Below, piece by piece: positions 38,715-53,100 of a stretch of DNA of 64,000 bases. Where the stretch lies: NCBI GenBank assembly GCA_973895155.1, contig OZ316894.1, positions 22,415,867-22,479,866 of the forward strand, given 5' to 3'. Under the pieces are notes generated by a model that did not search any database, had not been told where the DNA came from, and was given only the letters and a program-made list of their open reading frames with translations. Source of the DNA: Marsupella aquatica. Taxonomy: Eukaryota > Plantae > Marchantiophyta. A program made the position numbers and the translations under genes. Each line of letters starts with the position of its first letter. The first letter of the stretch is position 1.

Positions 38715-39559
38715 AGAACTCTCTGCTTGAGACCAAGCAATGACTACTGCAATCTTCTCCATATCCACATCGAGGTCCACATACATTGATATGATGATTC
38801 ATTGATTTGGTTTCCATGGAATTGAATTGGATTTCCAAGACTTGACTGATTGACCATATAATATAGCATGTTCATCCTGGAACATGCCCTCTTTTTTTGT
38901 CTTGTAGTGATATGTAATTCATTTGATTTATTTTGTGATAAAAACAGTAAGTGCATGTAAAGTATATGACAAGAAATTAAGAGTGAATAACATAGTACAC
39001 ATGTAGAGAAAAACATATTATGACCAAGAAAATACAAAGGTACTAAAAAGTTGTGCACATACAATACATATTTTCATTTGCTTCTAAGTAGATAATGGCA
39101 ATCAACTCAATTAAAACTATAAATTTTAAAGAAAATCATGAGGGCAACTTAGTATACCATATGTGCACATTGTTCAAATTCATTTCTCTCACTCTCATGA
39201 GAAAAAGATAATTCACTAAAGAGTGATTGAAAAAGAAAAATTAAACATTTATGAGGGGAGCCAAATACATTCAAAATACTCTAAGTTCACTAAAATTAAA
39301 AGGGTTTCAAAAGTTAATTCAAAATCAAATTAATACAAATGATTCACCGTGCTAAGGCACGTTAAAATAAAAATACTGAACACAAAACCCAAATAAGACA
39401 AACTCTAAAGGGTGGATTCACCTGGGTGGAGGCCTCGATTCATTGCACTGTCAAAAACAACAAACTGAAAACAGATTGAGTTTACTAAATTCTACAACAT
39501 TCTTCAGAAATGCCCAAGACTTAGTGAAATCAAGCTACAGGACTGCGAGGGTTAGCAAT

Positions 39560-40525
39560 GGGAGTAGAAAAGCAAGAACCATGGGTGGTGTTTCCCCAAC
39601 AGGATGTGGGTTACTAGTACCCTTCCTGTGACGCATGATGTTACCAAGCTAAACAGACGATGGGGGCAGATTAGTACGAATGAGTGCTGGACTGGCAGAT
39701 GGAAGAAGCTTTGGGGAGGATGGACTCTGCCAAAGGTTAGGTTCTTCATTTGGCGTTTGCTTAATCACGGTACACTAACAGCAAGGGAAGCCACTGGAAG
39801 GTGTTGGATGGGATTTGCTCTGGATGCAAACAATGCTTTCAGCACACAGAGCTTCTCTTTTATAGCTGCAGCAGAGTCACTGCGAGATGGAATGAGATTA
39901 GACAACTGGTTTCTGGCAAGCATGCGCTCCAGGTTAATTTTACCTTGCTGTTTGATGCCATCAACAACGCCATTTTGAAACACAAAGGTAAGCTTGGACC
40001 ACTGGTTATTCTGATGGAACTATGCAGCAGCATATGGACCGAAAAGAACAAAGCGAATTACTCTCACTACCTGGGGAGACTACCAGGCTGGGTGGTGCTA
40101 TGCAACACTGAATTTCCCTTGAACTCCATGATCAACATGTGCAACTCAAAGAAGAAGAGTAAGCAGATCAGAGAGGCCATTAAACAAATTCAGGTTGTGT
40201 TAAAACCCTGGGCGCAGGTTGACAGCCCGATCTGTCTTGGAGCTGATGATGAGGAAGGACATTAGAATTCAGTATAAAACTAGTTTAGGAAGACAGTCTT
40301 ATGTGAGAACTTGTAGAGGGTGTAGCCCTAATTTTGACAGGGCCCCGGTTGCTGCCCTTAAGAGGAGTTCGTCTGGGCCTTTTGGTTTGATTAGTGTCAG
40401 GTTGGTTGCTTCTGGGTCTTGGGTGCCCTGCTATGGTGGTCTTTGCCCCTTGGTCGGTATGGTTGTTTTGGGCGCGCCCCCTTCCCTATTTTTCACCCCT
40501 CCTTTGTGGGGCGTGAGGTCTAATT
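39560..40525 (+). mobile_element. L1-clade LINE 3' fragment (zf-RVT region plus 3' UTR), frameshifted
   Basis: WKKLWGGWTLPKVRFFIWRLL..G.LT, then in a shifted frame DGICSGC...ELLFYSC.RV..RW and IW.EKN; followed by a T/G-rich UTR. Confidence 0.8.
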
Positions 40526-40857
40526 TGTTAAGGATTGCTCTTAGTCTTGTGACTCAAAGGTTACGGCACTTAGGCTAACCATGATTAGGGTCTTAGCTGA
40601 GGTTAGGTTAAACGTGTGTGACCTTGTATATACCAGGGCTAGTGTAAGCCGCTGGTGGGTGGTGCTTACTCATTGTAATGGAGCAACTTGAGGAAGAGGG
40701 AGAGCATGTGTGTTCGTCTACTCTTGGAGTAAAGCTTGAGTGTTCGTGTGGACGTAGCCTTGGAGAAGAGGTGAACCACGTAGAGATTGTGTCGACTACG
40801 TGTGCATGGAATGAGTCATGGTTGTATGGTGGTTACGAAAGACGTCATAGTTCAACA
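40526..40857. mobile_element. Second LTR copy of the same family, 332 bp, no matching TSD
   Basis: tgttaaggattgctcttagtcttgtgactca...gacgtcatagttcaaca aligns end to end with 38383-38714; flanks taatt / tatca differ. Confidence 0.88.
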
Positions 40858-43745
40858 TATCACATACACAAGTTGGCCAGTCACACCATAGCCAGTTGAG
40901 CTTGTAACGGACAGGCTCACATCAAAAGATAATGTTTCAAGTCACAACCCATCCAAGATAGCAATCCTATCCTACTACTCATAATGGCATGACGGCACCC
41001 CTTGACAATATTGTTTATTTCATTTATATCTTTGTAGTTTGGTGCCTCTGAAAACTGACAAAAAAGAAGTCCAAGATGATCCAGGAATAAAAGGGATAAC
41101 GGGATGCCTTGCACTTGTGCAGGGTGTCCTCTAATGGATTGTGCACTTATCAAGAGAGTACTGTGGTTTAACATGAGCCACACCCTTGGACTGGGCCTGT
41201 CCTCCCAATTAGCCTGAAGGCAGATAGACGGACACCTGGCTAGCATGTCCACCGTGCGGTACAGGAACATCCTGTGGCAGTTAATCGATGATAACAGCAC
41301 ACTAAGTCGCAGTAGACTGCAATACAGTAGCTCGTCCTCTGTAGCCCGCATTGGCGCATTGAGCACACAAGATGACAAACGAGCTTCAGTGTCACTCTCC
41401 GCCGTAAACACCTGTAAATGCCGTGCGCCTACTCACTCTATAGTAGAGTACAGTCCTGTTTGGTGTCGCTGCATGCAATTATTAAGGGCCCCGTCATAGC
41501 CAGTTATTTTCAGAACATGAGAGTAACAGCTAATCTGAATCTTTATGCAGTCTAGAGTATGACAATCTATCTCATCACTTATCGGGACTAAGAAATGGGG
41601 GTTTACTGTGGAGGGGCGAACTGTGTTTACCGGGGTTTGCTATAAATTATGTATTGTACTTTATCCGTGAACTATTATCCTCAGTGTAAAGGTCTTATCC
41701 ACAATGGATGAGGAAAACACGTCGATAGAATATTTATGTTGTCCTCGGCCTCTCAAAATTGTTCATCCTCACAAAAAAGGGACACCTCTGGACCAATGAG
41801 AAACATCCTCCTTTGGGAAGAGTTTTAAGGCGGCTTTACTACAGTAGACATAGAAGACCTACAATCTTTTTTTAAATCACTCTAAGATTAGATTTGGACT
41901 ATATAATGACCCAAACGGCTGGGCCCCTTCACCTATGGTGTCTACTTCCCACATGGCAAGTAGTGGGCCCAAGTGAATGTTGTTGTGGAATATTTCTTTG
42001 GTCTAGAATTGTGAGAGATATTCTTGATGGACCCCCAAATGAAAAGCTTTATTTGGTGGACCCGCGAGTGATCCATGCCCTTGATAGACCTTGAACAACG
42101 GTACTAAAATCTCATGGGGCCTCATAGGGTCCATTAAGTAACACTTCTCAATTTAGGGGTCCATCTAGTCCAAAGTTTGACTCGTCCATGCAAGGGGTTT
42201 GCATTATTGCAGTTCATTTGAATTTTTTTTTGGCCTGAAGTATGTCTTTAGAAAAGGAAGTGGCCCTCCAGTTTGGTTTGCGGGGGGGGGGGGAGTCACA
42301 CTAGATCTCTTTTGATTTCATTCCTTTGTACTTTGTTTGGCCTTTCTTAGTGACTTGGTATTTTCCCTTTCTCCTTAGATATATAAAACTCTGCCAAAGA
42401 ACAAAAGGCAACATACAGGAAGATAGGATACCAAAGGCCAGAAACCCAATAAAGGTGGGAAACCAAGCTAGGAAACCAAAGGAAAAGCCCAGGAAGACCA
42501 ACTAGCCAAAAAGCCCATGGGCCAACAAACCTGAGAGTCTTAAATTACAACAAAAGAGCTAAAGCTGTAATGAGCAACCGACTTTCTCTCTCTGTAAAGT
42601 GATGTCCCTTTCATTTAAATTTAAAAGATAAAAAAACAAAAGGGACACAAACTGTACAGTGCATATGTAACAATTAGCTAGAAGCTAACCTATGATTTCA
42701 TGATTAACGACTACTCCTTGAGTCTCATCTGCTTATCATCTACAGTAGACCAAGTATGCTGTCCAGAGTTCAGCATTCCATGTTAACAAACTACAGTAGT
42801 CATCCCTCACAGCACGTACCAAGAATTCTGAATGGGAAAGGCAACAAATAAATGGAAACGTTGAGCATATGGGTAGGGCCTATCACAGACAGGTATCCAA
42901 GCCTGATACCTGTCCAGGCACAACTAACAAAAGCCTATGCAACTGTCTGGTGGCAAGTAACAAACCAATTTTATGAAAGCAAACCTTGTAAGGAACAAGG
43001 GTTACTGGTGGGTAACCTGGGTAACCTGTTTTACTCCATTGTGCTGTTCTCATAATTTTGTGCCCAGCACTTTATAGCTGGATAACCTTTTTTGAATAGT
43101 AAGTATGCATGAAAACATATGTCTGATCGAGCATAGTTCAAGTCTATAACCCAACTACCTGAATGTTCAAAAAAGGCTTCCCAGTTGCTGCTGGTTAAAG
43201 CTTGTTTCAACATTCTGGACATAAGATTGGAGCCTAGTAACCCCCCACCCAGACCTTGGTTATCTTATACTTATTGTAGTTCTTGGCAGGGGTTACTTCC
43301 CCCGGTTACAGTGACCCCACCATCCTCTGGAGCTCACGGTCCTTTGGGCCCATGGGATCAGTCTACCTTTTTAATAAGGGAGGTGAAGTAAACTGCATGT
43401 CTATATATAAGGAAGGGCAAGATTGAACAGTAAATATCAAGATAGAGGAAAGCTCTAGGACAGCAAGATTACAAATATTCAGCAGCAAAAATATTTCAAA
43501 ATCCAATACAAAAGATGCACCTTGCGTAAGGCGCATTGAAAGAAAAATGTATAATGAAAATTTGAACTGGACAATAGAAAGAAAGGCAAAGGCGCCATAT
43601 GGCATGCTCATCATAATCAGAAAGGTTTCAGCCATCCAGATGGACATGTAAAGCCCAGACGTGTGTGCTCGAAGTGCAGAAGAAATACCTCAGCCTGCAG
43701 TCAGGCACAATGAGGTTTTAGCAATCCACACGGCTATATTGTTTA

Positions 43746-44050
43746 GTGGCAAATATTTGCCAGATTCCACGTTCAGAACTATTCGTTGCCACATATGGCT
43801 AAAATTTGCCAGCAAAACATTGTATGAATGAGCCACACCCCTTCCTCCAAGCTAACATGGTCCTGGTAACTCTATTGTATCCATGAGCCACACTCCTTCC
43901 TCCAAGCTTGAATTGTCCAGGTAACAGGTAACTCTGTTGTATGCATGAGCCACGCTCCTTCCTCCAAGCTTTGAATGGTCCTGGTAACTCTATGGACATC
44001 TGGCAGTAGAGTTTTAATCTAGAAGGTTTGGATCATAAAATATTCGCCAC
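43746..44050. repeat. MITE-like remnant with 13-bp inverted repeats and three ~55-62 bp internal tandem units
   Basis: gtggcaaatattt (43746) vs aaatattcgccac (44038-44050); internal tgtat..atgagccac.c.ccttcctccaagct...gtcc.ggtaac occurs three times. Confidence 0.5.
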
Positions 44051-45395
44051 CTGGCTTTCCCCAAGGTTGATTGAAGTCCTTGGGGCCCTGGGATCAGGCA
44101 CAATGAAGCCACATTCGTACGATGCTGTTGGAAAGTATTTTGTTTTTTAGTGGTAAAATTCTTACCCAAGATTTGGGTTGGCTACCAGCTGTACAGACTG
44201 AGGAAAAGAAATTAGATTCTTTAGACCACATAGGTGACCTTCTTGACTCCTTTGAGACCCTAGTCACTAGATCCAATGGTACTCTTACTTCTTGGAAGAT
44301 CGAATGACCTAGATTTGATGTGTCAGACCCTTCTCTACATAGAATATTTCCCTTCCCCCACTGTTCTGACTTTTATAAACAACTCACCACTCTACCCTGC
44401 TTTGAAACTGAAGCCCATATGGACCTACAGTACATGCTTGCCAAAATGCTTGGAGGGATCAACGTAACCTAGACGAACCCCAGAGAAACCTTTTTCCTGT
44501 GTACTTAGATTGCAAATTTCTTGAGGGAAGATCAATACTTCCCTGGTCAAACAATAATCCGGTCCATCCTGGTTGCAAGGTTCACTGAAGTGCCCCATCC
44601 CAGCTTTACCTTCACCCCTCTGGCTCGACAAAAGGAAAGCAGTGGGTAGGAGTGCCCACCCAGCATTTTTTTAGTGAGATTTGCTAGATTCCACATCTCT
44701 CAAAAGTCTTTCCCACTTTTGGCGAAAACTCCTATGTTACCTTTTTGTCCTCTATTATCCAGTCTCCCAATGAACCCGGACCCCAACAGCCAGAATCTAG
44801 CAGCGGTCCTCAACATCTAGGGACACTGGACACTCAAAAACTAATATAGGAAAATCAGATAAGCAATAAATTCCTAGCATCTTCCACGTTGGCGAAAACA
44901 GGACAACCCTTAAAAAAATTAGGTTTGCACTTGTTTTTTTCTTCTGGTTAGGTGTTTGTCCCCTTTGGACCTTTTCTTTCTTTCCTTTCATTACTTTGTT
45001 TTCCACTGATGTCTAAATTCTGCTGGAAGATTCGTTTGAAAAAAATTAAAAATTAAGTTGGTGTCCATTCAACAACTCCAAGACTGGCCTTCGTGAAAAA
45101 ACCCCTTGAAAACTTTTTAATAAAACCTTGAAAATTAAGCCGCTCAACACGTGGGTAGTTTCTCTATCCACGTCAGTCATCTTTTTCTCTACTGGGCTCT
45201 GAGAGTAGGCCACAGCACGAAGCCTAGCTTTTCTGCTGTGCTATGCTGCCACTTAACTTCCAACCCACCCTCCAAACTCCTCCACTCCTTGAGCTCTGAT
45301 CTGACAGGAGTTCCTGCACCAATTCAATTTGCATTCCGGGGAGGACAACACTCATAAACCCCAAAAAGAATGAAGGCACACAAGCCATGATCACA

Positions 45396-45647
45396 TAATA
45401 GGGTGTCTCAAAGTTTCAAAATTATAAATAGTGACCAAACATTCATAATTTTTTCAGAAGGTTATGCAATTTTTGGTTTTTTTCTTTCACCAGCCTCTAC
45501 ACAATGACTAATGGTAATGACATAAGACAACATAATAAGATGTCTCAAAGCTTCAAAATTATGGATAGTGGCTGGATATTCATAAGTTTTTCATACTTAA
45601 GGTTGCAATTTTTTTTGGTTTTTTCTTTCACCAGCCTCTACATAATG
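45396..45647. repeat. ~138-bp tandem duplication
   Basis: tgtctcaaag.ttcaaaattat..atagtg...ttttggttttttctttcaccagcctctaca.aatg occurs twice. Confidence 0.85.
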
Positions 45648-47138
45648 TCATAAGACCATTCTTTATGACAATTAGTTCGTGGACCCTATCTCTCTTGTGT
45701 TTGTAGTTCTGGATTATAAAAGGAATCATCTGAAGTGTCATCGTAGTCTTATCGATCACATTGTTCATCACGAAACCTGATCAATGAAGCAAACAATCAT
45801 GATTGGAAGGACTCGGCCCTGCCCATAAGAATAAGCTTAGAACCTTGGAGCTTGAGCGCAATGGTTACATTCTAAAACCTAGACTACTTTCTGGCAATCA
45901 TGCCCACAACACAAATTAGATGATAGATGTTGCGAAATGTGTGTCAGTTCCTTGCCTGCCAGTAGCAAATGAATGGCTTTCCAGTAAGAAGATCGAGAAA
46001 AGCTGGAGAGACATACCAGTTTGATTGTCAGTGAATAGGTTATAGTCCAAAGAACTGTTCGAGTAGGAGAAGCCTACTAAGACCAGTGATTCCACGAAGA
46101 CGACGTTGGTCTCTGTATGTTCCCATAAACAATGTTATTTCGATGAATTGGCTTCAAAATACACTGTATAGTCTGGACGTAAGTAGGTCAATGCAGAGTT
46201 CAATCACCTCCTCATTCAATCATCCGCATAAACTTTGTGCATCCCCATTAATTCCATGACACCCTTGGTAGATTCTACATTCTACATCACCTCCCCGGTT
46301 ATAACTTGCAAAAAGCAAATGTCACGCATTGAGGCAAATGAAAGCAAAACTGTGATCTCTCTATTTATCTCTAGGTTCTAAGTCCCTGTGCACTATCTCA
46401 ATGGCGAATCAGGGCGGGCCGAGTACCAAATGCAGAGTTGGTTACTTACAGTAACTAAAATGATTATGTCAAATAAAATTACATTATATTTTACAGCATG
46501 GCGCCCTGAATTTTACCCAGAATTTGCAACAAACATAAAATACGGAGTTATTTTAATTTGGAAATCAATTTGTTCTTGTTTACAGCATGCCATGATGACA
46601 CTAATTTTGGAAGTGCTCCTCTAATGGGGTCCGTAAAAATTATGGACTATCATTTTGTATTGAGTATTTTGTTGTGAACTAGGAGTTAATTTGTTGTGAA
46701 CTAGGGAGTTAAGGTTTGAGACCCTGTTATACAGTTTGATTCACAAGGATTTGGGGAGTGAACTGTAAATACGTGCAAATGAATTCCTTTATGCCGCAAA
46801 TGGGCGAACTCTGGTCTCAAAGAGAACCGGAAATTAGAAGTGATGAGGCCTCCTCGTTCTCTCGTTCCTAGGTGGGGGACCAGTCGAGAGGAGACGAAGG
46901 AAGGAAGAGAGAGAATAGAGCTTGACAGGATTGTGATTCTCAATGTCTGTAGTGTATGTAGAGTAGAGAAGCAGCTGTGCGGGTATGCTGTAAGGCGATT
47001 GCAATCTTGTGATTTCCAGAATTAGAAAAGAAGACAGGAGCGGAAGGAAGGAAAGGGAAGAAGGAAAGACCTCCTGAGCTCTTACTTATTAGCTTACTCG
47101 TCGCTAGCCACACTCGTGAGACCATCATTCACGCAATC

Positions 47139-50100
47139 ATGGCAGCGACGTTGTTTGGTGCAGAACTTGGACCTCCGGGTTGTAGTGGTTGTGGATGGCA
47201 GCAAAGAGAATTGTATACGGCGTTAGTAGCATTCCCGGATTCCAGAAAGGTCACGCTTTCTGGTGCAAAAAGGCTCCAGAAGAGGAAAATTCTGGGCCTT
47301 TCGGTGTCCGCCTCTCAAAATGGGAAAGCAGAGGCCGACAACGGTAGGTCGTCGAATTGGGTTGTTCTAAGCTTCCGATTGGAATCACCCTGAAGACTGC
47401 AATGCGTCTTCTGGTCAGGTTTCAATTGTTAGGCTCATTGACATTCTAATTCGATAACGTAGTTACACAAGGTGGATCATTTTAAAATCCTCACATTAGA
47501 GGTTTAGTGCGAGTCAGAGTTCTCAGAAACGATTCACTGTGCTGCAGAGGTGACACTTTTGGACTATGGAGGTGGGAATGTGCGCAGCATCAGAAATGCT
47601 CTTCGGCTCTTGGGTTTCAACATCCGTGACGTAAGATTTTTTCAGTCTGCAACTTACGTGTTCAATAATTTAAGTTCAATATTTTTAATTGTTCAAACAG
47701 CAAATTTGTAGAGATTTGGAACTTACGGTATAATCTTTGTATGGTTCGTACGAATCTCTGGCTGGAGCTGATTATCCTCCCGGAAACCTCCAAGCATTCT
47801 TCTGTGAAACGTCAGTTGGTTTCTGGTGGTGACCCTCGCCCTCGCCCTCGCCCTAGGCATAGCTGTTTGTTGGAGATTCCAACGAATATCGTGGGTTCAA
47901 TATTGTGGGTTTAGCAATCTGGGGTTTAGTAATGTGACTTAAGTGCCTTTTGCTGGCAGATTATCACTAAAATTATCGATATTCGACCGCTGAATTTCTA
48001 CAGGTACACTCTGCAAAGGATATTGAAAGTGCAAAGCGCCTTATCTTTCCTGGAGTTGGGGCATTTGCGGCGGCTATGGAGGTGCTCAAGGCGAAAGGGT
48101 AAAACCCTAAACCCTAAAGTTGTTACCCAAATTTCTTCTCCCTTACCTCACAGCTGAGAATTCCATTTCGTGTATTCTAAATGCAATATTTGAAATTCTG
48201 AATGCTCCACAAGAGACATTTTAGTTTACATTCTTTCAGAAGTAAAGAGACTGTCTAACGTGGGTCGAACCGCGGCAGGCTTGCAGATCCCCTTCGTGAT
48301 TATATCATACAAGACCGTCCATTCCTTGGCATCTGCCTTGGGTTGCAGTTGATGTTTGAGTACAGCGAGGAACATGGCCACGGTATTCTCCCAGAGTACT
48401 TATTAAAACGACGAAACTGGCTGCAAGTGTTTTTCAGACTTCTTTTTGTTGCATGCATATGTCATTTCTTTGTGGCTGGCACAGCGCGATTGCAATTAAG
48501 CATAGAGAGTACTTTGTTGCCAAAGAGATGGATGACGAACTCTGTTCACCTGTATCTGGGAATGTATTGTCGTGGATTACCGGGAAGACTTCGTGAATTT
48601 GTAAGTTTTAAGGAGTTACATACGTGGTCTTGCAGTGGAGGGACTAGGTGCCATTCCTGGAGCTATTGTGCGCTTTGATACATCAAGTGGGGTGCAGGTT
48701 CCTCATATTGGCTGGAACATATTGAAGTCAAAGCAACCTTCAGAATTGCTGGAGGCTGTCGATGGTCGTCATGTCTATTTTGTGCACTCGTATCGGGCAA
48801 TCCCAGTATGTGCTCGAACATGAGACATTTATATTGCACAGTGACGTTGAGGACTTTTGCAAATACCTGGATTGATGTGGCGATAAGGTGTGGAAAGGGT
48901 TAATGGCAACAATTACAACTGGCAATCTGCTCCTTAAATCTCCTACCGAGCTCTCATTTATGCAGGATCATTCCTCCACTGTACTACAAGTGCGCATGCA
49001 AGGGCCTGCAGTTGGCACCCTTGGCCAAAATATGCTTGTCAAGTCTCTCGTATCGTTAACCGCATCTAACTTGTTTCAGAGTGAAGCCAACAAAGAGTGG
49101 GTGCTTGCCACTAGTGACTACGGAGGAGAATTCATAGCTGCTGTCAAGAAAGGGAATGTCCATGCAGTGCAGTTTCATCCCGAGAAAAGTGGAGGTTGAC
49201 ATCTTTGTCTCTCTAGCTTTTGCATTTGAAGTCCTACTTGGAATTAGCTTTGCTTGTAGTGATGCAAATGTGAAATTTTTAAAAGCATTCGTGGCAATGC
49301 CAAGTTTTGTGCTGATTTAATGTAAGTTATGCCGCCCTGTCCTGCGCCCATCTTCAGATGACTTGGTTGACTTCCAAGTATGAGTTCCATTTAGATTTTA
49401 GTTTAGTGTACAGTTTCCACTGGTCTGAATAGTATGTTCCACATGTTCATATCTTGGTATCTTTCTGCAGTTATCGGCCTTGACATCCTGCGAAGATTCC
49501 TGGGTGGAGGATGTTCGGAAGATGCCAAGGTGAGCTTTGATAGTGGAATTATTCGTACATGCCGGTCGCTCCTGTACGTATAGTAGAAATGTGCATTAGG
49601 CAGAGAGCAAGACTTGACATCTAAATCTAAGGGAAAGAACCGCAACAGAAGTAGGGGTCGGTCTTGAGTAAAGCGGCGCTCTTGCATATCTGTTTGTTTA
49701 CCTGAACTCGTGCAAGGCTGCAATAAAGAAATTATGCCTCTGATCTCCCCGTGACTGAAGTTGGAGTAAGGCTTTATCAGAAGCACCACTCAATTGGGGT
49801 TTAGGTTCTAGGATTGGCTGCCCTTCCGAGTCGCAACCTTCCTTTGTTCACTTTATCTAATTTGTCTTGTAGCTTCGCGGTTGTTAATTCTTAATAGTTT
49901 GTTTATCGTCTCAAGATGATCGGCAGCCTCACCTCTACTGGCCGAAAGCTAACCTTTCCCGAGTGTGAGATATGCTTCCAATACTACCGATCTCACCCTT
50001 CTCCTTCAAATTCCCTTTTATGACTAATATCAATCGATTTACAAACAAAACATCTCAGCTGTCAACTTGCAAACCTTGGATGACATTTCCCGGAACTTTT

Positions 50101-53100
50101 GTCACAGGTTATTGTGCGTCATACACATGATTCCTTGAATTCAAAGTAGCAGGAGAAACCGACTCTGCCAAATGACTCTTCCTTGAAATTCCATCCTTTG
50201 TTGATCTCCTTCGGTGGTGTTGGCTTTATATGCTTCTAGCTCTCTACTACAATTGCGTGTGGTGGCCGATTTTATGTCCTTCAGAAGTTCCTAAGACCTC
50301 AGGTCTTGGGTTGCGTTTCTGTCCTCAAAAGACCTTTTGTGTTGCCGCCGATTTGTTAAGCGAATGGCTCTAAAATTCACATCACGCATTGTGTATTTGT
50401 ACCACTTTTTTATTTTCCATATCTTGTTGCTCAAATGTCTTTCCAGGCCTGATGCTTGACTGAAGTGCACTTCATTGTTTGTGTACTGCCTTTATGATGC
50501 TATGTTTTTTCACTCCTTTTCCCCTGGCCTAAGGCTCAAATTAAATGCAATCAATTGATGGTTTGATGTCCATGAAGCTCAAACATCAAACCATCAATAA
50601 CACATTCCAACTGTCGTGGTTAGGTTTGCATTATCTGAGACTTGCATGTACTGAAGCAGGTGCGCTGCTGCTTCCGTAAATACGTATGTGTTGTACTTAG
50701 GTATCGCAGGGAAGAATATTCTCACTGGTTAGGTGGCTTCCTTTTGCAACAGACGGTGGCACATTTGGCAAAGCAACCATTTACTACAGCTGGTACAACT
50801 TTGGCCAAACGAGTGAGCATAAAACTATCTTGTGGTTGAATTCTGTCATACCAAGCTTGTGAAACATACTGAATAATCATTTTCCTGAATATTTTTGTAT
50901 TTGGGAGCAACTCATATATGAAAATTTGTACATGCAGGTGATAGCTTGTCTGGACGTGCGATCTAATGACTCAGGTGATCTAGTTGTCACGAAAGGAGAT
51001 CAATATGATGTAAGAGAGGAAGGTGGGGGTGAGGTAAGAAATAACGGTCGTCCGCATGTATTAATTTTGGTGACGTTCTCGCTGCTAGTGTTTATCAGAT
51101 GTAATTAAGCGTTTGGATCATCTCTAGAAACTTCCAATTCATGGAAGTTTTGTGATTAACAGTCTTATGGTGAATCTGTAGGTACGCAATTTGGGCAAAC
51201 CTGTCGAGCTCGCAGGGAAATATTTTCAAGACGGAGCTGACGAAGTGAGGCTCAATTTTAGTCCATTGTGTCTGGGTCGTGTTGAATCTTGCTTGACCGT
51301 CACCTTTCCAAACCTAGGGTTTTTTCCTGTGCAACGTCAGAGAGCAGGACATGAAAGACTTGGGGGCTCAATTGCCTGATTCTTTCAGCCCTAATTTGCA
51401 GTAATCCTTGAATCTCATTCCTTTCAACCACTTGTTTTACAGGTAACATTTCTGAATATCACTGGATTTCGAGATTTTCCGTTGGGGGACTTGCCAATGC
51501 TCGAGGTACTTGTCAGACAGCACTCGACTTCTTCTGTGCAAAATTGGTTGCGGCCTGGGGTCGAGTCAAGCAGTTTCTCATCTTTGTTAATTCATTTTGC
51601 AGACGTTTTGATCGACTTTTTGGCCCCCTGGTGGTGATTTTGTCGCTTCTGAAATATACCTCAAATGGATTGTTGAATGATGATTTTCTCAGGTGCTTCG
51701 TCAAGCGTCCAAGAAGGTGTTTGTCCCCCTGACTGTTGGTGGAGGCATTCGAGACTTTACTGACAAAGCCGGCCGGTATGTAAGCTTACGACTCTATCAC
51801 CTATCACCAAACCTTGGGTTGACAGAAAGTTTTGAAACTTTGTATCTTGCATTTCCTGGAAAGATGGAAAGGTGTAATATCGATGATGACGGGGCAATTA
51901 ACTGAAGCCAAACTTAAATCATATTAGTGATAAGGAGCGGTCTTTGCTATGAACTTGGAAATTAGTTTTGGGGCACAGAATCTGGACTTACAGTTACCCC
52001 TCGTTTGTAGGCACTACTCGAGCCTTGAGGTTGCTTCAGAGTACTTCAGATCTGGTGCAGATAAGGTCTCCATTGGAAGTGACGCAGTTTATGCTGCTGA
52101 AGAGTACCTGAAGACGGGGGTCTGTCCTGCACGCTCTGTTTTTCACTATTTTCCGTGCGGCTATGGTTAACCTCCAGAGTATTTCAAAGGAATAGAAGCC
52201 TTGTTGTCACAGGATGCGAACCTTTGTTCGTGTGTTCGAACGTGAAGTCTGAAGTGTGAGTCTGCGATGTTGACTTTGCAGAAGAAGACAGGGAAGACGT
52301 CATTGGAGCAGATTTCGCTTGTCTATGGGAACCAGGTAAATAATCTATCTCACGTGTTCAAACTGGCAACTGAAAATGGCTGTTGTCCTGAAAAATGTGT
52401 GAGCAGCTGGGCGCATAGGCCGCAGCTGAAGATGGGATGGATATTTTCCAGGATATCCTAATGACGAAAGTAGACACCTTTCGGTTCGAAAAGCATTAGG
52501 TCTAATCATCGAACCGACATGCCTGTTCTGGTTTAGGTAGTTTGTAAACTTCGCTTGAAGCATATCAGGGAATAAATGTTCCAGGATGTGCCCAAGTCTC
52601 CCCAAATTCTCCAAAGTTCCTTACAGTTCATCACCTGGCGGTGTCTGAAGATATCCCAAATAATCTGTATTGTCTATGTTCAGGCAGTAGTAGTAAGTAT
52701 TGACCCACGAAGGCAATATGTGAAAGATCCAACAGAAGTTCCTTATAAGACAGTGAAAGTGAGTAGACCAGGTATGACTTGTATATTATCCGCTTTGTTA
52801 TCTGGTATAATTAGACTTTTCAAATTTATGTATACTTCGCAAGTTTTTATTGCTTCCTGCAGTTTCGGGCCTGGGATCTGTTGCACTCTCACCTTTTCTC
52901 TTCTGATAGTGAACAAAGAAACAAAAAGTGGAACAGCCACCTACGGATGACATGAACGTGGATTGATTGTTGCATGTGGTTCAAGACTGACTCGGGTTGA
53001 CTCCGCACTTTGCAGGTCCTAATGGGGAGGAGTATGCATGGTATCAATGCACGGTACGGTATCTGCTTTGGTCTTAGGGCTCGATTACTTTCTATAGTCA

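Noticed and set aside
38383-40857. Single intact LTR retrotransposon or TRIM
   Set aside because: The left LTR has its own TSD, the outer flanks do not match, no PBS/PPT or gag-pol is visible, and the interior is AT-rich DNA plus an L1 fragment.
42540-44640. Possible further LINE remnants on the minus strand
   Set aside because: Too decayed to identify any diagnostic motif by eye.
46215-46260. Minus-strand YADD motif suggesting reverse transcriptase
   Set aside because: It is followed immediately by a stop, and no other RT motifs were recognisable.
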